Shown here piece by piece: positions 18,398-29,509 of a DNA stretch of 64,000 bases; position 1 is the stretch's first letter; each line of letters opens with the position of its first letter. Below the pieces are notes generated by a model. The model searched no databases. It worked only from the letters and a program-made list of their open reading frames with translations, and was not told the origin of the DNA. This DNA is from an uncultured Kiritimatiellota bacterium (GTDB taxonomy: Bacteria > Verrucomicrobiota > Kiritimatiellia > RFP12 > DVOR01). The stretch is from the NCBI GenBank assembly GCA_944391065.1, contig CALXSH010000001.1:27725-91724 (forward strand). Direction: 5' to 3'. The translations under genes and the position numbers were made by a program.

Positions 18398-18952
18398 ATG
18401 GAAGTTCGCGATACGGCCATTGAGGGACCGAAGATTATCGTGCCCCGGATTTTCCGCGACGGCCGCGGATACTTTTGCGAGACCTACAATGAGGCCCGCT
18501 ACCGCGCCGTCGGGATTGACGCGGTCTTCGCGCAGGACAATGAAAGCCTCTCCTCCAAGGGTGTTATCCGCGGCCTCCACTGGCAGGCCGCCCCGCACGC
18601 GCAGGCCAAACTTGTCCGCGTCATCCGCGGCGCCGTCTGGGACGTCGCCGTCGACATCCGCAGGGGCTCCCCCACCTTCGGGCGCCATATCGCCATGGAG
18701 CTCTCCGCGGCCAATGGCCTCCAGCTCTACATTCCCCACGGGTTCGCCCATGGGTTCGTCGTCCTCGAGGACGACACCCTCTTCTCCTATAAATGCGACG
18801 CGCTCTACTGCCCCGCCTCCGAAAGGGGCATACGCTTCGACGATCCTGCCCTGGGCATCGCCCTTCCCGACCTCGGCGTCTCTCTGATCCGCTCCGAACG
18901 CGACCGGCGTCTGCCCTTACTCTCCGAAATTGACCCCTGGCAGGCCGACTGA
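18398..18952 (+). CDS. rfbC: dTDP-4-dehydrorhamnose 3,5-epimerase
   Basis: RmlC cupin motifs (RGLHWQ, FVVLEDD); ATG at 18398 preceded by an AAGGAG RBS (track ORF starts at a TTG at 18380). Confidence 0.85.
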   Translation: MEVRDTAIEGPKIIVPRIFRDGRGYFCETYNEARYRAVGIDAVFAQDNESLSSKGVIRGLHWQAAPHAQAKLVRVIRGAVWDVAVDIRRGSPTFGRHIAMELSAANGLQLYIPHGFAHGFVVLEDDTLFSYKCDALYCPASERGIRFDDPALGIALPDLGVSLIRSERDRRLPLLSEIDPWQAD

Positions 18953-19016
18953 GCCTTCCCCGGGGGGGCCAAAAACATTACCCATGTCTGAATGCGGCCT
19001 CATCCGGCACCCGACC

Positions 19017-19200
19017 GGGCGTTGCCCGGAAGCCAAATGGGGCGTTGCCCGGAATCCAGTCGATTGCTGCCCTGAAAGGACCGGCCACCCTATAGGGTGG
19101 TTACCTGCTACCCTATAGGGTGGTGAGCTGCTACCCTATAGGGTGGTGAGCTGCTACCCTATAGGGTAACGATTCCTTTCAGGCCCAAGTCCGATTGCTT
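19017..19200. repeat. 23-bp-periodic repeat array: two 15-bp direct repeats (GGGCGTTGCCCGGAA) then four perfect palindromes ACCCTATAGGGT at 19087, 19110, 19133 and 19156, flanked by inverted repeat CCTGAAAGGA/TCCTTTCAGG and direct repeat CGATTGCT
   Basis: Read directly from the sequence; units 19109-19131 and 19132-19154 are identical 23-mers; the array lies in the rfbC-fusA intergenic region. Confidence 0.85.
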
Positions 19201-19470
19201 TCCTGCCCACAGCCGGTTTGATTCCCGCCGGGAGTCGGCTGGCATATCGAAAAGGTCGGCACGGGGCACATCCCCTGCGTGCGCATGGAGTCCGGCACCA
19301 ATTTGCCCGATGGCAGGCTGCGCCGTTCGGGAGACGCGGAGAGGATTTTGAGAGGGCTTAAAGTTTTACATAAATGTGAAATCATAGGAGAGAAGGGGTT
19401 GGAGTAAAGCTTTTTTCGGGGTGTAGGGTGGGGGTTGAGGTGATTTTCTCAAAAAAGGCGTGAAAAAATG

Positions 19471-19500
19471 TTGCCTTTTAAGTTTGCTGTGTGGTATTAT
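19471..19500 (+). promoter_or_regulatory. Candidate sigma70 promoter of the fusA/r-protein superoperon (TTGCCT-N18-TATTAT) with upstream A-tract UP-like element
   Basis: -35 TTGCCT 19471-19476 and -10 TATTAT 19495-19500; A-tracts CAAAAAAGGCGTGAAAAAATG immediately upstream; about 95 nt before the fusA ATG. Confidence 0.45.
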
Positions 19501-19595
19501 TAAGAGACCTTTTTCCTCCGGATTGGGAGGAAGAAGGTTTTGCAAGGATCTTTGACATCATCATCCGTCACACGCAAGGCGCAGGAAAGAGAAGC

Positions 19596-21665
19596 ATGAG
19601 CACAGGCTCCGACAATATCCGCAACATCGGCATCGTGGCCCACATCGACGCGGGCAAGACGACGACGACGGAGCGCATCCTTTTCTACGCCGGCATGACC
19701 CATCGCCTCGGCAATGTCGACGAGGGCAATACGGTGACGGACTGGATGGTGCAGGAACGCGAACGCGGCATCACGATTACGTCGGCCGCCATCACCTGCG
19801 CGTGGCGCGGGACCCAAATCAATCTCATCGATACTCCCGGACATGTGGACTTTACCATCGAGGTGGAGCGTGCGCTCCGCGTGCTCGACGGCGCGGTCGG
19901 CGTGTTCTGCGCGGTGGGCGGCGTGCAGCCGCAGTCCGAGACGGTGTGGCGTCAGGCCAACCGCTACCACGTCGCGCGCATCGCCTTCGTCAACAAGATG
20001 GACCGCATGGGCGCGGATTTCGGGCGCGCCGTTTCCGAGATGCGCGTGAAGCTCGGGGCGAACGCGGTGCCGGTGACGATCCCCGTGGGCGCTTCGGCCG
20101 ACTACGCGGGCGAAATCGATCTCATCACGCGCAAGTACCGTCGCTATCTGGACGCGGAGGGCAAGACCTTCGAGGATGTGGCGGTGCCGGCTGAGATGGC
20201 CGACGAGGCCGAGGCGGCGCGCGAGGCGCTGCTGGAGAGCCTGGCGGAATCCGACGAGGCCTTCATGGAGGCCTATCTCGACAATCCCGATCAGTCCGAG
20301 GAGGCCATCCGCGCCGCCGTCCGCCGCGCGGTGATCGCGCAGACGATGGTGCCGGTCTTCTGCGGTTCTTCGCTGCGCAACCGCGGCGTTCAGGCGCTGC
20401 TTGACGGCGTCGTCGATTATCTTCCCGCCCCGCATGAGCGTCCGGCCCCCGTGGGGACGCACATGAAGACCGAGGCCCCGACGGAGGTCGCCTGCACCCC
20501 TGAGGCGCCGCTCTCTGCCCTGGTCTTCAAGGTGGCGACCGATCCCTATGTGGGCCGTCTTTTCTTCGTGCGCGTCTACGGCGGCACGCTGAAGCGCGGT
20601 CAGCAGGTGTACAATCCCCGTACGAAGAAGCGCGAGCGCGTCATGAAGCTGCTGCGCGTGCGTTCCGACGAGGAAGAGGAGCTCGAGACGCTCTCTGCCG
20701 GCGACATCGGCGCCGTGGTCGGCCTCAAGGCGGCCACGACGGGCGACACGCTCTGCGTCGAGAATGCGCCGATCGCCCTGATGGGCGTGACGGCTCCCGA
20801 ACCGGTGATGTTCATGGCCGTCGAGCCCAAGACGACGGCCGACAAGGACCGCCTGCAGGAAGCCCTCGGCAATCTCGCGGCCGAGGATCCGACCTGTCAG
20901 ATCCGCACGGACGCGGAGACGGGGCAGACGATTCTCTGCGGCATGGGCGAACTCCACTTGGAGATTCTGGTGGACCGTCTGCGGCGCGAATTCAAGGTCC
21001 CGGCGAATACGGGCCGGCCGATGGTCTCGTACTACGAGACGGTGACGGCCGTCGGGCGCGCGACCTTCACCTTCGACCGCGAAATCGCCGGCAAGCGCCA
21101 CGTGGCGACGGTGACGGTGGAGGTGACCCCGCTGGAGCGCGGCAAGGGCCGTCAGGCGGGCGTTTCGAAGGCTGCGCAGAAGCGCTTGCCTCGCCCTGAG
21201 TTTTGTGATACCATTACAAACGCTTTATTTGACGCAATAGCGACCGGCGTGCTCGCACGTTATCCGATGACGGATGTAAAGGCCGAGGTTGTGGATTGCG
21301 CCATTATGGATGAAGAGGCGGCTTCGGACGTTGCTTTCAGGAGCGCGGCCGTGATGGGATTCCGGGACGCGGCACAGGCTGCGCAGCCGGAATTGCTGGA
21401 GCCGATCATGTCCCTCGACATCGTGACGCCGCCCGAGTATGTGGGTGACATCATGGGGGACATCAACGGCCGCCGCGGCCAGGTGCGCGACATGGAGATG
21501 AAGGGTGACCTTCAGAACGTGCGCGCGTCGGTGCCTTTGGCGGAACTGTTCGGGTATGCCACGGCGATCCGTTCGCTCTCGCGCGGACGAGCCAGCTATA
21601 CGATGGAAACCGGCGCGTTCGCGGTGGTACCCCGGGCAGTGAAGGAAGAACTACTCAACAGGTAA
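19596..21665 (+). CDS. fusA: Elongation factor G (EF-G family translational GTPase; domain IV loop atypical)
   Basis: G1 [10 protein letters not shown]3 DTPGH, G4 NKMD; C-terminal [19 protein letters not shown]; start at the ATG at 19596 with a purine-rich RBS (track ORF starts at 19491); 6-nt gap to rpsJ. Confidence 0.8.
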   Translation: MSTGSDNIRNIGIVAHIDAGKTTTTERILFYAGMTHRLGNVDEGNTVTDWMVQERERGITITSAAITCAWRGTQINLIDTPGHVDFTIEVERALRVLDGAVGVFCAVGGVQPQSETVWRQANRYHVARIAFVNKMDRMGADFGRAVSEMRVKLGANAVPVTIPVGASADYAGEIDLITRKYRRYLDAEGKTFEDVAVPAEMADEAEAAREALLESLAESDEAFMEAYLDNPDQSEEAIRAAVRRAVIAQTMVPVFCGSSLRNRGVQALLDGVVDYLPAPHERPAPVGTHMKTEAPTEVACTPEAPLSALVFKVATDPYVGRLFFVRVYGGTLKRGQQVYNPRTKKRERVMKLLRVRSDEEEELETLSAGDIGAVVGLKAATTGDTLCVENAPIALMGVTAPEPVMFMAVEPKTTADKDRLQEALGNLAAEDPTCQIRTDAETGQTILCGMGELHLEILVDRLRREFKVPANTGRPMVSYYETVTAVGRATFTFDREIAGKRHVATVTVEVTPLERGKGRQAGVSKAAQKRLPRPEFCDTITNALFDAIATGVLARYPMTDVKAEVVDCAIMDEEAASDVAFRSAAVMGFRDAAQAAQPELLEPIMSLDIVTPPEYVGDIMGDINGRRGQVRDMEMKGDLQNVRASVPLAELFGYATAIRSLSRGRASYTMETGAFAVVPRAVKEELLNR

Positions 21666-21671
21666 GAGAGA

Positions 21672-21980
21672 ATGCAAAGTCAGCGCATACGCATTCGTTT
21701 GCAGGCGTACGACCACAAGGTGCTCGATCAGGCCACCGGAGCGATCCTGGATACGGCGCGCAGCACCGGCGCCCAGATCGTGGGCCCCATCCCGCTTCCG
21801 ACGCGGGTGGAGCGCTTTACTGTGAACCGCTCTCCGCACACGAATAAGAAGTCCATGGATCAGTTCGAGATGCGCACGCACAAGCGGATGCTGGACATCG
21901 TGAGCCCGACGGCCAAGACGGTCGATGAGCTCAAGAAACTGAATCTGCCTGCCGGCGTGGACATCACGATTCGCATCTAA
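21672..21980 (+). CDS. rpsJ: 30S ribosomal protein S10
   Basis: 102 aa; [14 protein letters not shown]...GPIPLPT signature. Confidence 0.95.
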   Translation: MQSQRIRIRLQAYDHKVLDQATGAILDTARSTGAQIVGPIPLPTRVERFTVNRSPHTNKKSMDQFEMRTHKRMLDIVSPTAKTVDELKKLNLPAGVDITIRI

Positions 21981-21994
21981 GGAAGGTGAGAACC

Positions 21995-22630
21995 ATGGAA
22001 GGCTTGATTGGCAAGAAAATCGGTATGACCCAGATTTGGGACGACAACGGCGTCGCGGTGCCCGTGACGGTCGTTGAGATCGGTCCCTGCCCTGTGGTCC
22101 AGGTGAAGACGATGGCGAACGACGGGTACGTCGCCGCGCAGATCGGCTTCGGTGCGCAGAAGGCCCAGCGTCTGAGCAAGGCCGAGCGTACGCGTTTTGA
22201 GAAGGCGGGCGTCGAGGCCCAGCAGACGCTGGCGGAATTCGCCCTCGACTCCGAAGACGAAGTGAAGGCGGGCGACACGCTCACGGCCGCGCTCTTTGAC
22301 GGTGTGGCGTATGTGGACGTCCAGGCCACGACGAAGGGCCGCGGTTTCGCGGGTGTCGTGCGCCGTTACCGCTTCCGCGGCGGTCCCCACGGCCACGGCG
22401 GTCACTCCAAGCGCCGTCCCGGCGGCATCGCTGCCCGTGACCTCCCCGGTTGGGTCGAGAAGGGCAAGAAGATGCCCGGTCACATGGGCGCCGTGGTCCG
22501 CACGACGCAGAATGTGCGTGTGGCGAAGCTCGTCGCCGAAGAGAACCTCATCCTCCTCCACGGCGCGGTCCCCGGTCCGAACGGCGGCATCGTGCGTGTG
22601 ACGAAGGCCCTCAAGAAGGCGGGTAAGTAA
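21995..22630 (+). CDS. rplC: 50S ribosomal protein L3
   Basis: MEGLIGKKIGMTQ N-terminus; ATG at 21995 preceded by a GGAAGGTGAG RBS. Confidence 0.95.
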   Translation: MEGLIGKKIGMTQIWDDNGVAVPVTVVEIGPCPVVQVKTMANDGYVAAQIGFGAQKAQRLSKAERTRFEKAGVEAQQTLAEFALDSEDEVKAGDTLTAALFDGVAYVDVQATTKGRGFAGVVRRYRFRGGPHGHGGHSKRRPGGIAARDLPGWVEKGKKMPGHMGAVVRTTQNVRVAKLVAEENLILLHGAVPGPNGGIVRVTKALKKAGK

Positions 22631-23295
22631 TGAGCACGATTAAAGTTTACGACAAGTCCGGTTCCGTTACCGGCGAGCGCACGGTCGAAGAGACCTCCCT
22701 CGTCCTGAACCGCGGCGAGCAGGCGGTCAAGGATACCGTCGTGGCGATCCTCAATGGGTACCGCGCCGGCACGGCCAAGACCAAGAACCGCTCCGAAGTT
22801 TCCGGCACCGGCAAGAAGCCGTGGAAGCAGAAGGGCACCGGCCGTTCCTCCTTCGGCTCCTCCCGCAACCCGGTGTGGCGCGGTGGTGGCGTGGCCTTCG
22901 GTCCCGTTCCCCGCGATTACTCCCAGAAGGTCAACAAGAAGGTCGTGGCGCTGGCTTACGCCCGCGCGCTGAGCGACAAGATCGCCGCCGGCGAGCTCGC
23001 GCTGGTCGACAGCCTGGTCTTCGACGAGCCCAAGACGAAGCTCTCGGCCTCCATGATCAAGACCATGGGCCTGACAGGCAGCACGCTGATCGTCGTGGCC
23101 GACGATCCGACCTGCGGCGACGCGAACGACAACTTCTTCTTCTCCTCGGGCAACCTGCCGTCCGTCGGCGTCTGCTCGGCCGGCGAATTGGACGTCTACA
23201 TGCTCTGCCGCTTCAAGAACATCGTGGTGACGACGGCTGCCTTCGCCGCTCTCGAGGAGCGTCTGGCCCGCGTGACCGGAAAGGCGGACAAGTAA
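22630..23295 (+). CDS. rplD: 50S ribosomal protein L4
   Basis: 221 aa; L4 family; canonical position. Confidence 0.9.
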   Translation: MSTIKVYDKSGSVTGERTVEETSLVLNRGEQAVKDTVVAILNGYRAGTAKTKNRSEVSGTGKKPWKQKGTGRSSFGSSRNPVWRGGGVAFGPVPRDYSQKVNKKVVALAYARALSDKIAAGELALVDSLVFDEPKTKLSASMIKTMGLTGSTLIVVADDPTCGDANDNFFFSSGNLPSVGVCSAGELDVYMLCRFKNIVVTTAAFAALEERLARVTGKADK

Positions 23296-23296
23296 G

Positions 23297-23569
23297 ATGA
23301 AGACCATTATCCGCAAGGTTTCCGTGACCGAGAAGGGCTCCCTGATCGGCGCGAACAACCAGTATCAGCTCGAAGTCGCCCCCGAGGCGACCAAGCCCGA
23401 AATCCGCGCGGCGGTCGAGGCCCAGTTCGGCGTGCACGTCACGTCGGTGAACACGAGCAATTACCGCAGCCGCAGCGTTGCGACCCGTACCCGCCGCACG
23501 ACGCAGACCCAGGCCTGGAAGCGCGCCATCGTGACGCTCCGCCCGGGTGAACGCATCGAAATCGTCTAA
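23297..23569 (+). CDS. rplW: 50S ribosomal protein L23
   Basis: 90 aa; L23 family; canonical position. Confidence 0.9.
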   Translation: MKTIIRKVSVTEKGSLIGANNQYQLEVAPEATKPEIRAAVEAQFGVHVTSVNTSNYRSRSVATRTRRTTQTQAWKRAIVTLRPGERIEIV

Positions 23570-23589
23570 AGAGCCAAGGATACCCTATC

Positions 23590-24414
<825 letters not shown>

Positions 24415-24417
24415 TCC

Positions 24418-24696
24418 ATGGCACGTTCTATCAAGAAGGGCCCGTACGTTGAGGCTTCTCTCCTGCGCAAGGTCGAGAAGATGAATGCCTCCGGCAAGAA
24501 GCTGCCGATCAAGACCTGGTCGCGCCGCTCGATGGTGCTGCCCGAATTCGTGGGGCATACCTTCGCCATTCACAACGGCCGTCAGCACATGCCGGTGTTC
24601 ATCACCGAAAACATGGTCGGTCACCGCCTCGGTGAATTCGCCTCCACGCGTACGTTCAAGGCGCACGGCGGTCTCACCGAAAAGGCCGGCCGCTAA
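24418..24696 (+). CDS. rpsS: 30S ribosomal protein S19
   Basis: 92 aa; [11 protein letters not shown]...HNGRQHMPV. Confidence 0.95.
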   Translation: MARSIKKGPYVEASLLRKVEKMNASGKKLPIKTWSRRSMVLPEFVGHTFAIHNGRQHMPVFITENMVGHRLGEFASTRTFKAHGGLTEKAGR

Positions 24697-24710
24697 GGGG
24701 AGTTACCGCG

Positions 24711-25043
24711 ATGGAAGTGAAAGCGATCACCCGTAATGTCCGCATCTCCGCCCGCAAGGCCCGCCCGCTCGCCCGCCGCGTGCAGGGGCTGACCCTGCCC
24801 GAGGCGCTCCGCGTGGCCGAATTCAGCACGCTGAAGGCCGGCCGTTTCCTGGCTCAGACCCTCCGCTCCGCGGCGGCCAACGCCAGCCACAACTACAATC
24901 TTGACCCCGAGTCCATGACGGTCACGAAGGCCGTCTTCGACGAAGGTGCCCGTCTGCGCCGCTACTGGTGCGGGGCGCGCGGCAGCGCCAAGCCGATTCA
25001 GAAGAAGCTCAGCCACGTCACCGTGGTGCTGGAAAACAAGTAA
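24711..25043 (+). CDS. rplV: 50S ribosomal protein L22
   Basis: 110 aa; L22 family; position. Confidence 0.9.
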   Translation: MEVKAITRNVRISARKARPLARRVQGLTLPEALRVAEFSTLKAGRFLAQTLRSAAANASHNYNLDPESMTVTKAVFDEGARLRRYWCGARGSAKPIQKKLSHVTVVLENK

Positions 25044-25054
25044 AGGAGCCTACC

Positions 25055-25744
25055 TTGGGACAGAAAGTTAACCCCATCGGCTTCCGCCTGGCCCTGAACA
25101 AGCAGTGGCAGTCGCGTTGGTTCGCGAGGAAGAAAGACTTCGGTCTGAACCTGGCCGAGGATGAGCAGATCCGTCAGACGGTCCGCGAGAGCATCGAAGG
25201 CGCGGCGATTTCCAAGATTGTGATCGAGCGCTACGCCAACCGCGTCCGCGTGATCATCTTCTCCGCCCGCCCCGGCGTCATCGTCGGCCGCAAGGGCCAG
25301 GATGTCGAGCGCCTGAAGGCCAAGCTGGCCAAGAGCACCGGCAAGGAAATCTACATCGACATCCAGGAAGTCCGCAATCCCGACGCCGACGCCCAGCTCG
25401 TGGCCGAGAGCATCGCTCAGCAGATTGAGCACCGCATCACCGTCAAGCGCGCCATCAAGCGCGCCGAGAAGACGGCGATGGAGCTCGGCTGCGACGGCAT
25501 CAAGGTCCGCTGCTCGGGCCGTATCAACGGCGCGGAGATTTCCCGCGTGGAGTGGAGCAAGCAGGGCAAGGTCCCGCTGCACACGCTGCGTGCCAACATT
25601 GACTATGGCTTTGTGGAAGCCAAGACCACCGCCGGCCGCATCGGCGTGAAGGTCTGGATCTGCAAGCGCGATGATTTCCAGCCCGCCCGCCCTCAGCGCG
25701 GCGGCGAACGCGGAAGGAGGAACAGCTATGCCTCTCATGCCTAA
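25055..25744 (+). CDS. rpsC: 30S ribosomal protein S3
   Basis: Begins (M)[11 protein letters not shown] with KH domain; TTG start at 25055, 6 nt after an AAGGAG RBS (track ORF starts inside rplV at 24968). Confidence 0.9.
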   Translation: MGQKVNPIGFRLALNKQWQSRWFARKKDFGLNLAEDEQIRQTVRESIEGAAISKIVIERYANRVRVIIFSARPGVIVGRKGQDVERLKAKLAKSTGKEIYIDIQEVRNPDADAQLVAESIAQQIEHRITVKRAIKRAEKTAMELGCDGIKVRCSGRINGAEISRVEWSKQGKVPLHTLRANIDYGFVEAKTTAGRIGVKVWICKRDDFQPARPQRGGERGRRNSYASHA

Positions 25745-26135
25745 GCGCGTGAAACACCGCAAGGTCTCGAAGGGGTCCCGCAAGGGCTTCGCGACCAGCG
25801 GCGAAAAGCTTGCCTACGGTGAATTCGGTATCAAGGCCCTCGGCCGCGGCTGGGTCACCAACACTCAGATCGAAGCCTGCCGCGTGGCGATCAACCGTCA
25901 CATGAAGCGCAAAGGCAAGCTCTGGGTCCGTATTTTCCCCGACAAGCCCGTGACCAAGAAGCCGATCGAAGTGCGAATGGGTTCCGGTAAGGGTAATCCT
26001 GAGTTCTGGGTGGCCGTCGTGCTCCCGGGCAAGGTCCTGTTCGAAGTGGGGGGTATCCCCGAATCCCTGGCCCGTGAGTGCCTGCGCCTGGCCGATACCA
26101 AGCTCGGCATCCGCACCCAGCTCGTGAGCCTCTAA
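25728..26135 (+). CDS. rplP: 50S ribosomal protein L16
   Basis: [13 protein letters not shown]-terminus; ATG at 25728 preceded by a GGAAGGAGG RBS; overlaps the rpsC end by 17 nt. Confidence 0.9.
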   Translation: MPLMPKRVKHRKVSKGSRKGFATSGEKLAYGEFGIKALGRGWVTNTQIEACRVAINRHMKRKGKLWVRIFPDKPVTKKPIEVRMGSGKGNPEFWVAVVLPGKVLFEVGGIPESLARECLRLADTKLGIRTQLVSL

Positions 26136-26148
26136 TCGGAGACCGGAC

Positions 26149-26346
26149 ATGAAGATTTCCGAGATCAAGAACCTCAGCGCCGAGGAGATCGCCGCCCAGA
26201 TCCGCGAGAAGGAGACGGAGCTGCGGTCCCTGCGCCTGAAGCACAATTCCACGCAGGGCGGCATCCAGGCCCCCGGCCAGATCCCCGCGCTGCGCAAGAC
26301 CATTGCCCGTCTGAAGACGGTGGCCAACGAGAAGAAGGTGAAGTAA
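26149..26346 (+). CDS. rpmC: 50S ribosomal protein L29
   Basis: 65 aa; L29 family; position. Confidence 0.9.
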   Translation: MKISEIKNLSAEEIAAQIREKETELRSLRLKHNSTQGGIQAPGQIPALRKTIARLKTVANEKKVK

Positions 26347-26609
26347 TGAGCGAGACCACCATCGAGCGCGCGTCGCGCAAGACCCGTAAGGGCACCGTCG
26401 TCAGCAAGTCCGGCGACAAGTCCATCGTGGTCAGCGTCGAGCGTCGCCTGCTGCACCCGGTCTACGGTAAGGTCGTCAAGGCCCACCGCAAGTACCACAC
26501 GCACGACGAGAACAACACCGCCAAGGTGGGTGACACCGTCGTGATCATGGAAACCCGCCCGCTCTCCAAGCTGAAGCGTTGGCGCCTGGTCTCCATCGAG
26601 GAGAAGTAA
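26346..26609 (+). CDS. rpsQ: 30S ribosomal protein S17
   Basis: 87 aa; S17 OB-fold signature [14 protein letters not shown]. Confidence 0.9.
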   Translation: MSETTIERASRKTRKGTVVSKSGDKSIVVSVERRLLHPVYGKVVKAHRKYHTHDENNTAKVGDTVVIMETRPLSKLKRWRLVSIEEK

Positions 26610-26612
26610 GCA

Positions 26613-26978
26613 ATGATTACCGAAGAGAGCAAGCTTGTCGTCGCCGACAACACCGGCGCCAAGATCGCCAAGTGCTTCCGCGTCCTCGGCCAGCGCAAGC
26701 GTACCGCCGGGGTGGGGGACATCGTCCGCGTCGCCATTCAGGAGGCTTCTCCGACCGGCGCCGTCAAGAAGGGCCAGGTCTGCTTCGCGCTGATCGTGCG
26801 CACCGCGCACCCCATCAGCCGCCCGGACGGCTCTACCGTGCGTTTCGATCAGAATGCCTGCGTCATCGTCGACGCCAAGCACAATCCGATGGGGACGCGT
26901 ATTTTCGGGCCTGTGGCGCGCGAGCTGCGCGACAAGGGCCAGATGAAGGTCGTCTCGCTTGCGCCCGAAGTGGTGTGA
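26613..26978 (+). CDS. rplN: 50S ribosomal protein L14
   Basis: 121 aa; [18 protein letters not shown]14 N-terminus. Confidence 0.95.
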   Translation: MITEESKLVVADNTGAKIAKCFRVLGQRKRTAGVGDIVRVAIQEASPTGAVKKGQVCFALIVRTAHPISRPDGSTVRFDQNACVIVDAKHNPMGTRIFGPVARELRDKGQMKVVSLAPEVV

Positions 26979-27097
26979 GGCGGGACGACCGCTTCGTGAC
27001 CGCAGGTAATACGTAAGCGTAAGCCGGGACACCCACAGGAAGAACGGGACGTTTGCGAACTGCGTTCGTTACAACAGCGAGTTACGGAACATCAAAC

Positions 27098-27415
27098 ATG
27101 AGTATCGCACGAATCAAAAAGAATGACACGGTGATCGTCATCACCGGCGCCGACAAGGGAAAGACCGGCAAGGTCCTCTCCGTCAGCCCCTCCAAGGGGA
27201 CCGCGCTGGTCGAGGGCGTTCGCCTCGTGAAGAAGGCCGTCCGCCGCGATGAGCGCAATCCCCAGGGCGGCTTCGTTGACCGCGAGATGCCGATCGAGCT
27301 CTCCAAGCTGATGCCCTACGACGCCGACAAGAAGCGTGGCAGCCGCATCGCCCGCACCGAAAACAACGGCAAGACCGTCCGGGTCCTCAAGACCTCCGGC
27401 AAGGTGATGGACTAA
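27098..27415 (+). CDS. rplX: 50S ribosomal protein L24
   Basis: MSIARIKKNDTVIVITGADKGKTGKV KOW motif; ATG at 27098 (track ORF from 27053); preceded by an unusual 120-nt spacer after rplN. Confidence 0.9.
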   Translation: MSIARIKKNDTVIVITGADKGKTGKVLSVSPSKGTALVEGVRLVKKAVRRDERNPQGGFVDREMPIELSKLMPYDADKKRGSRIARTENNGKTVRVLKTSGKVMD

Positions 27416-27426
27416 GGAGTTACACC

Positions 27427-27957
27427 ATGGCTAATCTCAAAGAGACCTACACGAAGGAACTCGCGCCCGCGCTCCAGAAGCAGCTCGGCGTGAAGAATCC
27501 GATGCTGGTGCCCCGCCTGACGAAGGTCGTGATCAACATGGGCTTCGGCATTGTCGAGAAGGACACCCAGAAGCAGCTCGTCCATGACCTCGAGGCCATC
27601 ACCGGTCAGAAGGCCATGCTCTGCAAGGCCCACAAGAGCATCTCCAACTTCAAGCTCCGCGAAGGCATGGTCATCGGCGCCAAGGTGACCCTCCGCGGCA
27701 CCCGCATGTACGACTTCGTCGAGCGTTTCGTCAATGTCACGCTCCCGCGCATCCGTGACTTCCGCGGCGTGCCGAACCGCGGGTTCGACCAGGCCGGCAA
27801 CTACACCATGGGCCTGAAGGAATACGTGACCTTCCCGGAAATCACCGCCGTCAGCACGGCTTCGGGCATGGACATCACCTTCGTCACCACCGCGCGTGAC
27901 CGCAACGGCGCCAAGGCGCTGCTTGAGGCCCTCGGAATGCCCTTCATGGGTCGCTAA
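27427..27957 (+). CDS. rplE: 50S ribosomal protein L5
   Basis: 176 aa; L5 family. Confidence 0.95.
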   Translation: MANLKETYTKELAPALQKQLGVKNPMLVPRLTKVVINMGFGIVEKDTQKQLVHDLEAITGQKAMLCKAHKSISNFKLREGMVIGAKVTLRGTRMYDFVERFVNVTLPRIRDFRGVPNRGFDQAGNYTMGLKEYVTFPEITAVSTASGMDITFVTTARDRNGAKALLEALGMPFMGR

Positions 27958-27968
27958 GGAGTAAGACA

Positions 27969-28154
27969 ATGGCTAAAACCAGTTTGATCGTCAAAGCCTC
28001 GCGCCAGCCGAAGTTCGGCGTCCGCGCGTACACGCGTTGCTCCCGCTGCGGCCGTCCGCACGCGGTCCTTCGCCGTTTCCGCCTCTGCCGTCTCTGCTTC
28101 CGCGAGATGGCGCTGCGCGGCGAAATCCCCGGCGTCACCAAGGCCAGCTGGTAA
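27969..28154 (+). CDS. rpsN: 30S ribosomal protein S14 type Z (zinc-binding short form)
   Basis: 61 aa; CxxC...CxxC (CSRCGRP...CRLC). Confidence 0.9.
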   Translation: MAKTSLIVKASRQPKFGVRAYTRCSRCGRPHAVLRRFRLCRLCFREMALRGEIPGVTKASW

Positions 28155-28172
28155 TCAGGAGGACCAAGAACC

Positions 28173-28565
28173 ATGATGACTGATCCTATTTCCGATATGC
28201 TGGTGCGCATCCGCAACGCGCAAAAGGCCCGCCATCCCGAGGTCTCCATGCCCGGGTCGCGTATCAAGGCCGAAATCGCCCGCGTCATGAAGGAAGAGGG
28301 CTATATCGCCGACTTCTCCATGGCCGCCGACGTCCGCCGTACGCTCACCATCGAGCTCAAGTACAGCGACCGTGCCGAGCCCGCCATCCGCGGCCTCGAG
28401 CGTGTCTCCCGTCCCGGTCTGCGCCGCTTCTGCGGCTATACCGATATCCCCAAGGTCCTCGGCGGTCTGGGCACGGCTGTGCTCTCCACCTCCGGCGGCA
28501 TCATGAGCGGCAAGACGGCCCGCGCCCGCAAGCTGGGCGGCGAGTTGCTCTGCACCATCTGGTAA
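28173..28565 (+). CDS. rpsH: 30S ribosomal protein S8
   Basis: 130 aa; S8 family. Confidence 0.95.
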   Translation: MMTDPISDMLVRIRNAQKARHPEVSMPGSRIKAEIARVMKEEGYIADFSMAADVRRTLTIELKYSDRAEPAIRGLERVSRPGLRRFCGYTDIPKVLGGLGTAVLSTSGGIMSGKTARARKLGGELLCTIW

Positions 28566-28577
28566 AGGAGGACGCGT

Positions 28578-29114
28578 ATGTCTCGTATCGGTAAGCAACC
28601 CATTACCATCCCCGCCGGCGTCACCGTCACGGTGAACGGCACCGAAGTCACGGTCAAGGGCCCCAAGGGCGAATTGACCCGCGTCTTCCAGAAGGGCATC
28701 ACGGTCGCCGTCCAGGGCACCGAGGTCATCGTGACCCGTGCCGACGACTCCCGTCCCCAGCGCAGCTACCATGGCCTGACCCGCACCCTGATCAAGAACA
28801 TGATCGAGGGCGTCACCCAGGGTTACGTCAAGGAACTCGTGATTGAAGGTACCGGCTTCAAGGCCGCCGTCCAGAACGGCAAGGCGATCCTCACGCTGGG
28901 CTTCGCCTCCCCGAAGGAATACACCATTCCGGCCGGCTGCACCGTCTCCGTCACCGCGGACGTCAACCTGAAGGTCGAGGGCATCGACAAGGAAGTCGTC
29001 GGCGAAGCGGCCGCCCGCATCCGTTCCTACTATCCCGCCGAACCTTACAAGGGCAAGGGCATCCGTTACAAGGACGAGAAGATCCGCCGTAAGGAAGGCA
29101 AGACCGTCGCCTAA
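28578..29114 (+). CDS. rplF: 50S ribosomal protein L6
   Basis: 178 aa; two L6 repeats. Confidence 0.95.
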   Translation: MSRIGKQPITIPAGVTVTVNGTEVTVKGPKGELTRVFQKGITVAVQGTEVIVTRADDSRPQRSYHGLTRTLIKNMIEGVTQGYVKELVIEGTGFKAAVQNGKAILTLGFASPKEYTIPAGCTVSVTADVNLKVEGIDKEVVGEAAARIRSYYPAEPYKGKGIRYKDEKIRRKEGKTVA

Positions 29115-29140
29115 GGCGGCGTAATGCAGGAGCATTGACA

Positions 29141-29509
29141 ATGAGTGTTAAAAACCGCAAAGAACAGCGCCTCCGCCGTCACCTTCGCATCCGCCGTCAG
29201 ATCGGCTGCGGCACGGCGACCCGCCCGCGTATGGCGATCTTCGTCTCGAACCGCCACATGTATGTGCAGTTCATCGACGACACCGCGTCCGTGACGCTGG
29301 CCTCCGCGGCCACCGGCAAGGATGAGCCGTGCAACGTCGCCAGCGCCAAGGCGCTCGGTGAGAAGGCCGCCCAGGCCGCTCTGGCCAAGGGTATCACGAC
29401 GGTCCTGGTGGACCGTGCCGGTTTCCAGTACCACGGTCGTGTGAAGACCATCGTTGAGTCCGCACTCGCCGCCGGCCTCGCGACCGCTGCCAAGACGGAG
29501 GAAGCGTAA
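29141..29509 (+). CDS. rplR: 50S ribosomal protein L18
   Basis: L18 family; ATG at 29141 preceded by a GCAGGAG RBS (track ORF starts at a TTG at 29135). Confidence 0.9.
   Translation: MSVKNRKEQRLRRHLRIRRQIGCGTATRPRMAIFVSNRHMYVQFIDDTASVTLASAATGKDEPCNVASAKALGEKAAQAALAKGITTVLVDRAGFQYHGRVKTIVESALAAGLATAAKTEEA

Noticed and set aside
19179-19385. 68-aa minus-strand ORF and a tRNA-like GGTTTGATTCCCGCCGGGAGT segment in the rfbC-fusA intergenic region
   Set aside because: The ORF has no RBS and no conservation signal. The T-arm-like segment lacks a D-arm and anticodon arm and cannot be folded into a cloverleaf, so it is at best a tRNA 3-prime-end remnant, and I could not match it to the tRNA-Lys in this window
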